Below the pieces are notes generated by a model. The model worked only from the letters and a program-made list of their open reading frames with translations. It did not search any database and was not told the DNA's origin. This document shows, piece by piece, positions 9,745 to 19,748 of a stretch of 64,000 nucleotides of DNA. The translations under genes and the position numbers were made by a program. Where the stretch lies: sequence record LC727698.1; one strand, 5' to 3'. Each line of letters starts with the position of its first letter. Position 1 is the first letter of the stretch.

Positions 9745-10074
9745 ATGAAAAATAGAATTAAACATATTTTGGATTTTTATAACGGATTTTCTTATATAGT
9801 CCTATCAAATGTTATATTTCTTTTTAGTTGTATAGTAACTACAGTATTCCTGTGTTATGTGTCTAAATTAAATAATATACAAAATTTAGTATCCGATACG
9901 GTTTATACAATTATAGTAGTTTTGTATTGTATTATAGGTCTTCTGTGTGGATTAAAAAGTAGTGAAATAGTAGAATTGATAAAACCGGAGAAAAATATTG
10001 CAACTACTGTAGGTGTTATAACCGGCATCACTGTAGTGTTAGTTGCTATGTTGGGATGGATATATGCGGCGTAA
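9745..10074 (+). CDS. Membrane protein (about 3 TM)
   Basis: Three hydrophobic segments. Confidence 0.6.
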   Translation: MKNRIKHILDFYNGFSYIVLSNVIFLFSCIVTTVFLCYVSKLNNIQNLVSDTVYTIIVVLYCIIGLLCGLKSSEIVELIKPEKNIATTVGVITGITVVLVAMLGWIYAA

Positions 10075-11491
10075 TAGAAATCTTTCATCTTATAATAGAT
10101 TGATATCAAAAGTAGCCGTTAAGATTAAAATTCCCCATATGATGAGCGGGAAATTAAATGGAGCATTTGATCACTATTTTAGTAAGAATATAATAGCAGA
10201 GGATGTTGCTATCAGTAGCTGGGCAGGAGATAGCAGACATGCAGGAAGATCATCAATATATTCTGACGATATACCGCGTCAATTAATACGCAACACTGCA
10301 GGAAATACTTCAGGTTGCACGTCTTACACTAACAAAGTTATTATGAATTATAAAGAGGATGCCGGAATGACTCAAGTTAACAGAACTTACACACGTAATA
10401 GCAACGATATTGAGTTTTCTCTGGAAGAAGAATTCTCTAATGTCTTTAATGAATCGCCTATAAGAAAAACGTGGGTAGCATTTATAGATTGTAACACAAA
10501 GGCAGTAGAAGAAGCATTTAAAACTTGTCTAAGTAAAGAATCGTTTGATATAATCTCTAAAAAATATACAAATATAACTTCTTATTCGTCATCCGATGCG
10601 GAGCGAGATGCAGATGTTGCATCTGAGGAAATTTGGGTAATAGGAAACGAAAAAGCAGCTATTTCTAGAATTACAGATATTTACGATAGTGTACGATTTA
10701 TGGTAATTTCTGCAAATGATAGTTGCAATGTAGCTAGGTTTGTAGAAGAATTTGGAAAAGTATATGCAAATGCATATCCTAAAGTAAAAGAAGAAAAACC
10801 GGAAATTAATATTATTGTAGCCGATTCCCACGGCTATGATTTGGAGTCGTTTGACATGACTCCTTTGCAAAACGTAGATGTCTTTATTGAAGAAAATTAT
10901 AACGATGATTTTAAAGACATATCTGAATATATAGTAGAAAAAATTATTAGTTCTAGTAAAGGTATAACACTCCTTCACGGCGAACGAGGAACTGGTAAAA
11001 CTAATTTCATCCGATACATTGCAAATAAAGCTAAAAAGAAAAAACTCATATATGTTCCTTCTGATATGGCTCCGGAGTTAGCTAGACCTCAGTTTGTCTC
11101 GTTTGTTATGAACAACAAAGATAGTGTGTTTATAGTAGAAGACGCAGAAAACATTCTCCGTCCTCGAGAAGGCGGCGGCAGTTCGGCAGTGTCTAATCTT
11201 CTTAACATGAGTGATGGTATTCTAGGTGATGCTATTCGGTGTCAGTTTATTTGTACGTTTAACTGTAAAATTACAGAAATTGACAGTGCATTGACTCGTA
11301 AAGGTCGGTTAAATGCAGAGTACGAATTTAACAAATTAACAAAAGAAAAATCCCAAAATCTTTTAGATAAAAAATACGGAACAGGAACATATGTAGCAAA
11401 AGGCGAAATGACGCTAGCAGACATTTACAATATGGATAATCCTGACTTTAAAGTCCAGCTTAAGAAACAAAAAATTGGATTCGGGAACTAA
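10043..11491 (+). CDS. AAA+ ATPase (BCS1/classic AAA-like C-terminal domain)
   Basis: LLHGERGTGKT, FIVEDAE, SNLLNMSDGILG, IDSALTRKGRL; C-terminal KIGF tail; start uncertain. Confidence 0.9.
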   Translation: MLCWDGYMRRNRNLSSYNRLISKVAVKIKIPHMMSGKLNGAFDHYFSKNIIAEDVAISSWAGDSRHAGRSSIYSDDIPRQLIRNTAGNTSGCTSYTNKVIMNYKEDAGMTQVNRTYTRNSNDIEFSLEEEFSNVFNESPIRKTWVAFIDCNTKAVEEAFKTCLSKESFDIISKKYTNITSYSSSDAERDADVASEEIWVIGNEKAAISRITDIYDSVRFMVISANDSCNVARFVEEFGKVYANAYPKVKEEKPEINIIVADSHGYDLESFDMTPLQNVDVFIEENYNDDFKDISEYIVEKIISSSKGITLLHGERGTGKTNFIRYIANKAKKKKLIYVPSDMAPELARPQFVSFVMNNKDSVFIVEDAENILRPREGGGSSAVSNLLNMSDGILGDAIRCQFICTFNCKITEIDSALTRKGRLNAEYEFNKLTKEKSQNLLDKKYGTGTYVAKGEMTLADIYNMDNPDFKVQLKKQKIGFGN

Positions 11492-11496
11492 ACATT

Positions 11497-11739
11497 ATGC
11501 GTAGATATTTCATTGCATATTTTTCACTAGTATTTGTATTAGCTATATCCGGAATTATATATGCGTTAATATATGGATTTGTATTTGCCGGAAAAGAAAA
11601 CTCTCCTGGATATTCTAATAGTAGGGATAATCTTATTAAAAATATGAATGAATTATTAGAACAACAAAAAGCACTAAATTTAGAAATAAAGGAATTAAAC
11701 AAAGAAATTAATTCTACTCAACAAAATTACAAAATGTAG
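11497..11739 (+). CDS. Small membrane-anchored coiled-coil protein
   Basis: N-terminal TM helix followed by heptad-like segment. Confidence 0.6.
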   Translation: MRRYFIAYFSLVFVLAISGIIYALIYGFVFAGKENSPGYSNSRDNLIKNMNELLEQQKALNLEIKELNKEINSTQQNYKM

Positions 11740-11762
11740 ACACCTAACAGTAGTTTCTATAT

Positions 11763-11795
11763 AATAAAACAGGAGCATTAGGCTCCTGTTTTATT
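11763..11795. terminator. Bidirectional terminator between convergent operons
   Basis: AATAAAACAGGAGC-ATTAG-GCTCCTGTTTTATT. Confidence 0.85.
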
Positions 11796-12530
11796 TTTTG
11801 AAATTTTAGTCATTATAGTATTATATAAATCATAAGCACGTTTGATTATACGTTTATATGCTCTGGGGTTTTCATTTTTAAGAAACATAATATAATTTAT
11901 GTGTGCATTTTCTATAAATGCATTTATAAATTCTTCTTTTGTTAAGACAGTTCCTTTTTTGTATAAAAAACTAAATTGATCTACAGTTTGTTCTAAAGCT
12001 TGACTTATTCTTGCATTTATTTCGTATGATTGTCTATAATATGTATCTGAAGATGCCGGATCGTATCTTTTTATTTTTTCATTCTTAAACGGTTGTCCTT
12101 TATTTTTATCTAGTGCATGCCTTAACTCATGTACTATAGTTGAAACTACACTCTTGTTATTACTAAAAGAATTACCATAATAATGAGTATAAACATATAT
12201 AGTATTAGATACTAAGTTGTATTCTCCTTTCTTTGCACCGTGTTGTCCGGAAATGTCAAACACTACCTGTATATCTTTAAATTCATTGTATAGATCATCG
12301 AATATATCATCAGGAATTATATTTTTTAAAACAACAGTATAGGTACTTAACATTAATTGTACAGTCGGCCAATCGTAGTTTTTCAACAACAATTGATCTT
12401 CTATTTCTTCTCTGTGTTGCTTTAAATTGTTGAAATATGATATAGCGTTTGCTACACACATTTTCGCAATATTTTGAATAATCAGTTCTTCGTCTGAAGT
12501 TTCGATTAAATTAATTTCGTTTAGTCGCAC
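11778..12530 (-). CDS. HExxH metallopeptidase-like protein, putative internal head protein (paralog A)
   Basis: VHELRHALD...YEINARI; leader MRLNEINLIE; GTG start. Confidence 0.7.
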   Translation of the reverse strand: MRLNEINLIETSDEELIIQNIAKMCVANAISYFNNLKQHREEIEDQLLLKNYDWPTVQLMLSTYTVVLKNIIPDDIFDDLYNEFKDIQVVFDISGQHGAKKGEYNLVSNTIYVYTHYYGNSFSNNKSVVSTIVHELRHALDKNKGQPFKNEKIKRYDPASSDTYYRQSYEINARISQALEQTVDQFSFLYKKGTVLTKEEFINAFIENAHINYIMFLKNENPRAYKRIIKRAYDLYNTIMTKISKNKTGA

Positions 12531-13200
12531 GATTTTCTGCCCTTTTCTTTAATGTAACATACAATTCGTAACATCTAGATACTATTCGTTTCCATACTTT
12601 TGGATTTTCTTTCTTTAAGTATGTAAGCTGATGACCTTTTGCGAATTTTTCTATATTATCTAGAAACCATTCTTTGGATGGTATTTCTTTTGAAGATCCC
12701 CAATACTGCAAAAATATAACCTTAAGATCATTTAATAATTCGGCTATTCTTGCATTTATTTCGTATTTTTGATTTAAATATTCTTTATGTTTATCTGAAT
12801 TGTTTGTATGTTTATATAATAACGGATTACCCTTAGAACTATCTAATGCATGTTGTAATTCATGAACTAAGGTATTTGTGTATGTTATATTATTTTTATA
12901 TGAATCTGGACCTATATCAAAAAGTGCTATGAGATTTTTGCCATCGGTTCTTTGAATAAAAGCACCGTTGTATTGTTCTGGATGCTCATTCGCATACGGA
13001 CGTATTATTAAATCGGAAATGTTATTTAAAACAGGATACTTATCGAAATATTCTTGTTTTATTAAATCTTTTAGTTTGTATGAATTGTATATTTTATTTT
13101 CTGCATTCTTTTCTATAACAAACCATATTATTTTTGCAATAGTAGATAATATTATACTTTCGCTTGCCTTTTCCGTTAGATTAAATTCTAAAATTTTCAT
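12511..13200 (-). CDS. HExxH metallopeptidase-like protein, putative internal head protein (paralog B)
   Basis: VHELQHALD...YEINARI; C-terminal YLKKENPKVWKRIV parallels FLKNENPRAYKRII of paralog A; leader MKILEFNLTE. Confidence 0.7.
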   Translation of the reverse strand: MKILEFNLTEKASESIILSTIAKIIWFVIEKNAENKIYNSYKLKDLIKQEYFDKYPVLNNISDLIIRPYANEHPEQYNGAFIQRTDGKNLIALFDIGPDSYKNNITYTNTLVHELQHALDSSKGNPLLYKHTNNSDKHKEYLNQKYEINARIAELLNDLKVIFLQYWGSSKEIPSKEWFLDNIEKFAKGHQLTYLKKENPKVWKRIVSRCYELYVTLKKRAENRATKRN

Positions 13201-13206
13201 TATATC

Positions 13207-13401
13207 CTATCCGTTATGTTTCCAATACTGGATAGATTTTTCTTGTTTAGAAACCCAGTCTTTAGAAGGTTTTCCTTTACCCTCATAATATCTAAGGGGC
13301 TTCCCTGTCTTTTTAGAAACAAGTGCCCATTTTCCATTTATATGTTTTAATTCTTCGTCTAATTCTGACGATTCTAGTATGCATATTTCGGAAAGTTTCA
13401 T
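13207..13401 (-). CDS. Small basic putative virion/internal protein
   Basis: Leader MKLSEICILE; KWALVSKKTGKPL...IQYWKH resembles a recurrent large-phage small protein (recall). Confidence 0.65.
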   Translation of the reverse strand: MKLSEICILESSELDEELKHINGKWALVSKKTGKPLRYYEGKGKPSKDWVSKQEKSIQYWKHNG

Positions 13402-13432
13402 AATCTTTAATCCTGTATTATATGTATATGCT

Positions 13433-13458
13433 TATTTATCGCATTATATAACTAAATA
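13433..13458. promoter_or_regulatory. Divergent T4-like late promoters
   Basis: ATAAATA on the minus strand (13433-13439) and ACTAAATA on the plus strand (13451-13458); T4 late consensus is TATAAATA. Confidence 0.55.
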
Positions 13459-13486
13459 GTGTTATCTTGTAAAGGAGGAGTTTTCC

Positions 13487-14467
13487 ATGGGAAGACCTAT
13501 TAAAAGCGATTGGTTTGGTGAAAGCGAAACGGGCCAACCTAAGTTAAGCATATATGCTAAGTTACCTGGTATGACTAATGCTGCCGAGGGTTTTATAGTA
13601 GCACAAAAAGGTACTCGTAAATATAAAGTAAACGTTAACGACACTATAGGCGATGTCTTTCTAGTTAATTCTAAATTAGCTGATTTAAACGAAGGCGAAG
13701 GGGTTATATTCGTAGGCGAAGTAGATAGTGACATAACTGTTTCTAAAATACAACAATACGGATTAGTAGCAGTTAATTCCACTGGCGAAATTCAATTCGG
13801 CGGACAAACACAATGGGTAGTAGACGAAGAAACAGGATTACAACCTGATACTAGTTCTGTCCCGCAACCAAGTAATCAAACGTTGCTTGCAAATGCCAGT
13901 ACTGCATTTAAGAAAGAAAACGGAACATTATGGACTGGTTCGGGAATACCGGCATCAGGAATGTTAGTATCTAAAAATAATATAATTGAACTTGCATTGT
14001 CTGCACACTTGCGCGGTTCTGTTATTAACAGAAAAATAAACGACGACGGTTCGTATGATATATCTCTAACTTCTTCAACACAAGATTGGGCGTTTGACTA
14101 TTGTGTAGGTATTGTATCGCCGGCAGTAACAGATATAACTACAGAATACGACGTTGTTCTTACTGCATATTGCAATTCAGAAGGTAAAGAACAAAACCCA
14201 GCTGTATTTACTTTAGCAAAAGAAGATACATATGTATGGAAAAATACAGTTCTAGACGGAGATATTACTGACAGTGCATCCGATCCCGATAATCGGTGTG
14301 TTCAAAATACTCTTAGATATACGTTCTTTAAAGATAATGTTGTGCCTCCAGTAGGTGAAGAAGATCCTATAGTAGGTACATTTATTATCAAATTAGAAGC
14401 AACCCATAAAACTAACTTTAATACTGTTAGTGCAAAAATGATAGTTCGTGTAACAAAAGATTTTTAA
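13487..14467 (+). CDS. Putative virion structural protein
   Basis: Strong GGAGGAG RBS, late promoter, N-terminal MGRPIKxxWFG motif recalled from jumbo-phage structural proteins, beta-rich C-terminus. Confidence 0.65.
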   Translation: MGRPIKSDWFGESETGQPKLSIYAKLPGMTNAAEGFIVAQKGTRKYKVNVNDTIGDVFLVNSKLADLNEGEGVIFVGEVDSDITVSKIQQYGLVAVNSTGEIQFGGQTQWVVDEETGLQPDTSSVPQPSNQTLLANASTAFKKENGTLWTGSGIPASGMLVSKNNIIELALSAHLRGSVINRKINDDGSYDISLTSSTQDWAFDYCVGIVSPAVTDITTEYDVVLTAYCNSEGKEQNPAVFTLAKEDTYVWKNTVLDGDITDSASDPDNRCVQNTLRYTFFKDNVVPPVGEEDPIVGTFIIKLEATHKTNFNTVSAKMIVRVTKDF

Positions 14468-14479
14468 TAAAATCTAAAC

Positions 14480-14511
14480 AAAGAAAAGCGCTTTTATATG
14501 CGCTTTTCTTT
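14480..14511 (+). terminator. Intrinsic terminator
   Basis: AAAGAAAAGCGC-N8-GCGCTTTTCTTT. Confidence 0.8.
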
Positions 14512-14539
14512 TGACACAGTTACTGTTTAATTGTATTAT
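14511..14539 (+). promoter_or_regulatory. Sigma70 promoter
   Basis: TTGACA-N17-TATTAT. Confidence 0.75.
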
Positions 14540-14570
14540 GCAACAACAAACCGTACAGTAGGATACTATC

Positions 14571-14813
14571 ATGCAAGAAATTATAGTGTACAGAAATCCG
14601 GTAGAAGCAGCGTTTTGGTCGAGCATGCAAGACGGAAATATTGTACTTTTTCTTGTGACATTTATGATTATGGCAGTATCATTAGTGGTAATGTTAGTAG
14701 CTCTGTATAACACATTTGTTGTTAATAAACGGGTTCGCAATAAATGGATTTATGTTCCTGTTGTGTTAGGAATTTTAATTTCTATGATAATATGCTACAA
14801 TCTATTTTTGTAG
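14571..14813 (+). CDS. Small membrane protein (2 TM)
   Basis: Own promoter and terminator; IIVYRNP.EA..W N-terminus; two hydrophobic helices. Confidence 0.7.
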   Translation: MQEIIVYRNPVEAAFWSSMQDGNIVLFLVTFMIMAVSLVVMLVALYNTFVVNKRVRNKWIYVPVVLGILISMIICYNLFL

Positions 14814-14823
14814 AACGAAAATT

Positions 14824-14852
14824 AATAAAAAGGGCTTAAAGCCCTTTTTATT
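14824..14852. terminator. Intrinsic terminator
   Basis: AATAAAAAGGGC-TTAAA-GCCCTTTTTATT. Confidence 0.8.
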
Positions 14853-14929
14853 TGTCTACACATACCTTTAGCACAAAAATATTGTTTTATGCTACAATGT
14901 CCTTACTATAATGTATTGAGAATATATCT

Positions 14930-16015
14930 ATGAATATTAATATATGGTATACTAACGTAGAACTACAAACAAAAACAAAGAAACAAGTACAGATTTGGCC
15001 TAAAAAAATTACTAGTCCCGAACCTTCCTACAGTTTTACAAATTGTGTAAGAAATATACAAAACGTATTTGACGAAATACATATTTTAAAGGATATATCT
15101 ATTAGACACGGAAGTGCGAAAGTAATGCAAGCAGCAATATATATAAAAGAGATAGATATGTATGGCAGATTTGATCTGAGGGCAGAATCTCTTGTAGAAC
15201 TTTTACATACAAAAAACATTTCTGTTTCGGAAGGTGTAATTAAAGGTAAGTTTTCATTTGATTTTAGTTCTAGTAGTTATAGAATTATTCCAGCAGATAA
15301 TGTAATTTCTGCCAGTGCAAAGAAAACTGCAAAAGAACTAATTCCATTTAGGGCATATAAAGATAAAGTAGGAAATTCCGTTATATACCTAGGGAAGGCA
15401 TCAACTGAATGTGGCAAACAATTATTTTTGACAATCGACTTGCCTAATCATCAAGAAGAAAAAGGTCTAGCAAAAATGGCAGTAGATCTTGTAGGCGGAA
15501 GATATGCATGGTATATAAATTCTGATCATAATGTGTATAAGAACGAATTTGAAAAACTAAAATCATATGACGAAGACATGTACAATGTTATACTAAAATT
15601 AAAACAATTAGATGTAGGTGATCTATCAAGTATATATGAAAAGTATTTCTTAAAGGCGTTTTATTATTGCACAAAAGAAGGACATCGTGTATTTGACCGC
15701 AGATTTGATGTAGCAACCGGGCGGACGCTAGGCACCGGAAGTTATCTATATAGACTGCAATATACAGTAGGTGTTCCTCCGTTGTATCAAGAAATTGACG
15801 ATATTAGCGAAATGTTTGTTAGTAGCGGAATTCCCGGAACATATGTAGCTATTCCCAAGAAATGGCTATCTTACAAATATATCAGTGCTAGCAACGCATT
15901 ACCCTTATACGTAGACTTTAAAAATAAAATCGTCCGTAAAACAACTGTAACTGACGAAATTAACCCGTATGAATATGATGATGGTTTTATAAATGAAGTA
16001 TTAAATCATATATAA
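14930..16015 (+). CDS. Hypothetical protein
   Basis: 361-aa ORF, no motif recognised. Confidence 0.7.
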   Translation: MNINIWYTNVELQTKTKKQVQIWPKKITSPEPSYSFTNCVRNIQNVFDEIHILKDISIRHGSAKVMQAAIYIKEIDMYGRFDLRAESLVELLHTKNISVSEGVIKGKFSFDFSSSSYRIIPADNVISASAKKTAKELIPFRAYKDKVGNSVIYLGKASTECGKQLFLTIDLPNHQEEKGLAKMAVDLVGGRYAWYINSDHNVYKNEFEKLKSYDEDMYNVILKLKQLDVGDLSSIYEKYFLKAFYYCTKEGHRVFDRRFDVATGRTLGTGSYLYRLQYTVGVPPLYQEIDDISEMFVSSGIPGTYVAIPKKWLSYKYISASNALPLYVDFKNKIVRKTTVTDEINPYEYDDGFINEVLNHI

Positions 16016-16457
16016 TTTATTTAATACGATACTAGACTATATATGGTATTCTTTTGTATGATATACAACGACAGTTGGGAATTTAAATGCTTTTTACAGT
16101 TGCTGCAAAGCATGCAAAATAACGCATACGTAAACAGCACAAAACACGCGCATAATGCGTTGTTTGTGTGCTTTGTGTATACTGCACTACTATGCAAACT
16201 AGCATGCAAAATAACGCATTTTTGCAGCTATAACGCTAGGGGTACGTATTCTTACAAATATAATAATTCGCTAGAATAATGTATATTTTTAAATTCTAAA
16301 TTTAACCTATCTTATAATATACATTACGGAAATGTTACAATTAAAAATTTATTATCTCAGACTTTATGCACATTCAATCTTATAATACTATATTAAATAC
16401 AAGTAAAAATATATTTATTGATTTGCAAGTAACATTTAACAAACGGAGTATATTTTA

Positions 16458-16781
16458 ATGGTCTCTGTTAATATACCGTTAATTGTATCTAATAAAATAT
16501 ATAAAATGGAATTTGAATATAGCAAGGATGATGTGTTATATTTGTGTATGTATAGTGACAATAATACATATCTACATAATATAATAGTCAATACAGAATT
16601 CTCTATGCTTTTTGTTCAATGTATGGGTAAAACTATACCACTAGAATCAATATTATATATCCAGTCAAATATAAAAACAATAAGTGTGACTGATGACTAT
16701 GGCTGTATAACCCTACATAACGATACATTTTGTTTATGTACTGGATATTTTCAGGAAAAAGTTAAATTTTTTGCAGATTAA
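16458..16781 (+). CDS. Small paralog-array protein (divergent)
   Basis: Internal ILYIQSNIKTI motif. Confidence 0.5.
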   Translation: MVSVNIPLIVSNKIYKMEFEYSKDDVLYLCMYSDNNTYLHNIIVNTEFSMLFVQCMGKTIPLESILYIQSNIKTISVTDDYGCITLHNDTFCLCTGYFQEKVKFFAD

Positions 16782-16783
16782 AT

Positions 16784-17110
16784 ATGAATGAACAAATTAT
16801 ATTATGTTTCCAAGCATGCGTTAATAAATTTGTCTACTTAGGAAACCCAAAAATAAGATTATTTGGAATCGGTAAAAGTGTCAAGATATCTGCACGGAAT
16901 TATAACAATATGGATATAGGTTCGTTTAGCAGTAATTTGAAATTTTTATTATATATCGATAGTATCCAAGATGTTGGAATATATGATGAAAATTTTATAT
17001 TTTATATATCAATAAATTCAGACGAAATATCATTTTTGGGTTCTACAGGTACAGCACAAGTAGATACTGAACTTGGAATTACTATATTCTTTACCCGCAC
17101 CAAAACATAA
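16784..17110 (+). CDS. Small paralog-array protein (divergent)
   Basis: MNEQIILCFQACV... and LLYIDSIQD units. Confidence 0.45.
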   Translation: MNEQIILCFQACVNKFVYLGNPKIRLFGIGKSVKISARNYNNMDIGSFSSNLKFLLYIDSIQDVGIYDENFIFYISINSDEISFLGSTGTAQVDTELGITIFFTRTKT

Positions 17111-17119
17111 TCTTAAATT

Positions 17120-17377
17120 ATGATATTCATTGCACAGCGACTGTTACATAAAATAACATATAATAAAAATGCAATACTGTTCGGTTGTTTTAACAGTGGA
17201 TATTTTTTAATTAATAGAAAAAGTGGTATTGGATTCTTATTTACAGATATATGTATGAAACGAATAAAATGCATTTATTTCATATTATATATTTCGCGTA
17301 ATACTAATACTATAGGCAAAGATGCAATCTATATTAAAGATTTAGAACTATTAAGAGCAATGCACATACTTCGATGA
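17120..17377 (+). CDS. Small paralog-array protein (divergent)
   Basis: MIFIAQRLLHKI and ILYISRNTNTI units. Confidence 0.5.
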   Translation: MIFIAQRLLHKITYNKNAILFGCFNSGYFLINRKSGIGFLFTDICMKRIKCIYFILYISRNTNTIGKDAIYIKDLELLRAMHILR

Positions 17378-17682
17378 ATATAAATTTAATACTGATACTT
17401 CAAAGATGTACGTCTGTAATAGGAGGATTCCAGCGCGCCGGCGCAACACTTATTCATATTTATAGTGATTCTAATTTATCTGCTATAATGACGTTACACA
17501 AAAGAAGATGCAAATGCATTGTATTTACTGACATTTTGTTTAACGACATTAAAGACGGTTCTATAGATATCATTATCTATATAAGTAAGAATGCAAACCG
17601 AATACCCTATAACTTTGCCTACATAGAAACATCTGTTACAGATGAATCTTCTGTTCCTTTACACGATATGACAGGAATATGA
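17374..17682 (+). CDS. Small paralog-array protein (divergent)
   Basis: LILILQRCTSVI and IIYISKNANRI units. Confidence 0.5.
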   Translation: MNINLILILQRCTSVIGGFQRAGATLIHIYSDSNLSAIMTLHKRRCKCIVFTDILFNDIKDGSIDIIIYISKNANRIPYNFAYIETSVTDESSVPLHDMTGI

Positions 17683-18164
17683 ATAATCCTATATATAATT
17701 TTATACTTGCAAGACGAATATGCAAACGGTATAGAATAAAATTCAATCCATTTGTAAAATTAGATACAGGAAGTTTACAAATAGATAACGTAGGTAAAAT
17801 AACAGTTAACGTAAATGTATTTAATAGTAATTTTATACCTATATTTTGGCACGAAATAGGGCATTATATTCATCATACATTAGTTAATTATAAAATTTAT
17901 TTAGATTACTATGCTCCTATTTGTCCTACACACGGGTATCTTTTATATAATAAGACACAAGATTTTTATAAATGTCTTTATTCCGAAATGTTTGCTAGTA
18001 GATTTGCACTAAAGGTGTGCGGAGCAAAACATAAGAACTACCTCATAAAATGTTTTCACACATACACTTCTGCTGCATTTAAAACCAACATCGCCAGCCA
18101 ATCTAAATTTACAAGATTTGTAGATTTTGTAGAAAAACTTTCTAGAAAATTAGATAGATATTAA
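17679..18164 (+). CDS. HExxH metallopeptidase-like protein (IrrE/ImmA-like)
   Basis: FWHEIGHYIH and downstream EMFASRFA. Confidence 0.6.
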   Translation: MNNPIYNFILARRICKRYRIKFNPFVKLDTGSLQIDNVGKITVNVNVFNSNFIPIFWHEIGHYIHHTLVNYKIYLDYYAPICPTHGYLLYNKTQDFYKCLYSEMFASRFALKVCGAKHKNYLIKCFHTYTSAAFKTNIASQSKFTRFVDFVEKLSRKLDRY

Positions 18165-18499
18165 TATATGAACACTTATGATTATATAAGACAGAATAAC
18201 GACAAAATAGTTACATTTGAAACTATATTACATATAAGCAGTAGAAGTAGAGTAATAAGACTGCATTACAATTTTAGTTATATTTTACAACGAATGTCTC
18301 TAATTCTACCAGATAAACGTGGGAACCTGGTAATTAAATACTTTTATTACCGAAGTGTATGAAATATATTTCGTGTATATTATATAACTTTCTGTTCACT
18401 ACTTATATAAAAGTACATTCCAAAAATATTGTAAATATAGTATAGTTTTCATATAAAAGTATGCGTATAATTTGCACATATAACGCAATAACGCAGCAA

Positions 18500-18636
18500 C
18501 AAACAAAACGTAATAAAAAAAATGTTGCAATAGCTTAAAAGTTTTAGTATAATAAGCACATAACAACGCAATACAGTTTACAAACAAAACGTAATAAAAA
18601 ATGTTGCAATAGCTTAAAAGTTTTAGTATAATAAGC
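18500..18636 (+). promoter_or_regulatory. Tandemly duplicated sigma70 promoter with A-tract UP element driving the tRNA cluster
   Basis: Two near-identical copies of CAAACAAAACGTAATAAAAAA(A)ATG-TTGCAA-N17-TATAAT-AAGC (-35 at 18525 and 18604; -10 at 18548 and 18627). Confidence 0.85.
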
Positions 18637-18667
18637 GTATAATGCAGCATAGATAACAAGTTAAAAC

Positions 18668-18744
18668 CCCTCGGTAGCTCAGTTGGTTAGAGCGCGCGAC
18701 TCATAATCGCTAGGTCACTGGTTCGAATCCAGTTCGAGGGACCA
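18668..18744 (+). tRNA. tRNA-Ile2(CAT), lysidine-type
   Basis: Cloverleaf with encoded CCA; GCGA-CTCATAA-TCGC anticodon arm as in E. coli ileX; A73. Confidence 0.85.
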
Positions 18745-18766
18745 ATTTTAAGATGTTGTGCTTTTA

Positions 18767-18851
18767 GCCCGAGTGGTGAAATTGGTAGACACAGGAGACT
18801 TAAAATCTCCCGCTTCACAGCGTACCGGTTCGAGTCCGGTCTCGGGTACCA
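18767..18851 (+). tRNA. tRNA-Leu(TAA)
   Basis: Long variable arm, GGAGA-CTTAAAA-TCTCC, CCA. Confidence 0.95.
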
Positions 18852-18901
18852 AACAAAAGATATAAATACTTAACAAGATAGGAAACTATTCTAAAATTAA
18901 A

Positions 18902-18977
18902 TGGCTAGTAGCTCAGTTGGTAGAGCAAATGACTGTTAATCATTGGGTCGTAGGTTCGAGTCCTACCTAGCCAGCCA
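18902..18977 (+). tRNA. tRNA-Asn(GTT)
   Basis: AATGA-CTGTTAA-TCATT, G73, CCA. Confidence 0.95.
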
Positions 18978-19003
18978 ATTACACTTTGTTGTATATTCAA
19001 TAT

Positions 19004-19079
<76 letters not shown>

Positions 19080-19148
19080 ATTTTAAATAACAGTTGTATC
19101 TAAAGAGATACAATAGTCTAAATAAAATATTCATATAATGTTTCAAAC

Positions 19149-19225
19149 GGGACTTTAGCTCAGTTGGTTAGAGCGCGCGACTCATAATCGCTAGGTCACT
19201 GGTTCGAATCCAGTAAGTCCCACCA
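19149..19225 (+). tRNA. tRNA-Ile2(CAT), second copy with different acceptor stem
   Basis: D, anticodon and T arms identical to 18668-18744; acceptor GGGACTT/AAGTCCC; CCA. Confidence 0.85.
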
Positions 19226-19275
19226 ATTTTTATATACAAATCAAACTATACTTAAACTATATAATGAATGAATAT

Positions 19276-19360
19276 GCCCGGTTGGTGAAATCGGTAGACA
19301 CAGGAGACTTAAAATCTCCCGACGAAAGTCGTGCCAGTTCGAGTCTGGCACCGGGCACCA
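19276..19360 (+). tRNA. tRNA-Leu(TAA), second copy
   Basis: Same anticodon arm as 18767; different acceptor, variable and T arms; CCA. Confidence 0.95.
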
Positions 19361-19369
19361 AACTCCTAC

Positions 19370-19399
19370 AAAAGGAACATATTATAGTATGTTCCTTTT
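19370..19399 (+). terminator. Terminator after first tRNA cluster
   Basis: AAAAGGAACATA-TTATAG-TATGTTCCTTTT. Confidence 0.75.
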
Positions 19400-19586
19400 T
19401 TATTATGATATTTTTATTATGAATGAAATAATGCATATATCTGCCAACACATACGTAATAGAATATCGCGTATTAAACAAGTTAGTAGTCACTATAAAAA
19501 ATAATAGATCTTTTACATTATGGGTACATTTTGATATCGGTACATTTTCTATGGCATGGAAATACAATGCAATATAGAATTAAAAA

Positions 19587-19748
19587 ATGAAATACATTAT
19601 TAATTTACAATACTCAACAGAAGTAATATATATGCCGTGTTTCAACATAATATCGTTATGCGATAATAGATCTGTTACTATCCTTTCTATTACTATGATA
19701 TTTAAGATAAGATACTATTTGCATCCGATGTTCCGTTATATTCTATAA
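19587..19748 (+). CDS. Single-unit member of small paralog array (53 aa, below ORF-track cutoff)
   Basis: MKYIINLQYSTEVI N-terminus (hand translation). Confidence 0.4.
   Translation: MKYIINLQYSTEVIYMPCFNIISLCDNRSVTILSITMIFKIRYYLHPMFRYIL

Noticed and set aside
16021-16279. ORFs 16043-16279, 18399-18659, 63561-63773 and the N-terminal half of 28165-28464
   Set aside because: They run through the GA/GG-free islands, where TGA cannot occur and Asp/Glu/Gly/Trp are absent; most likely artefacts of the composition.
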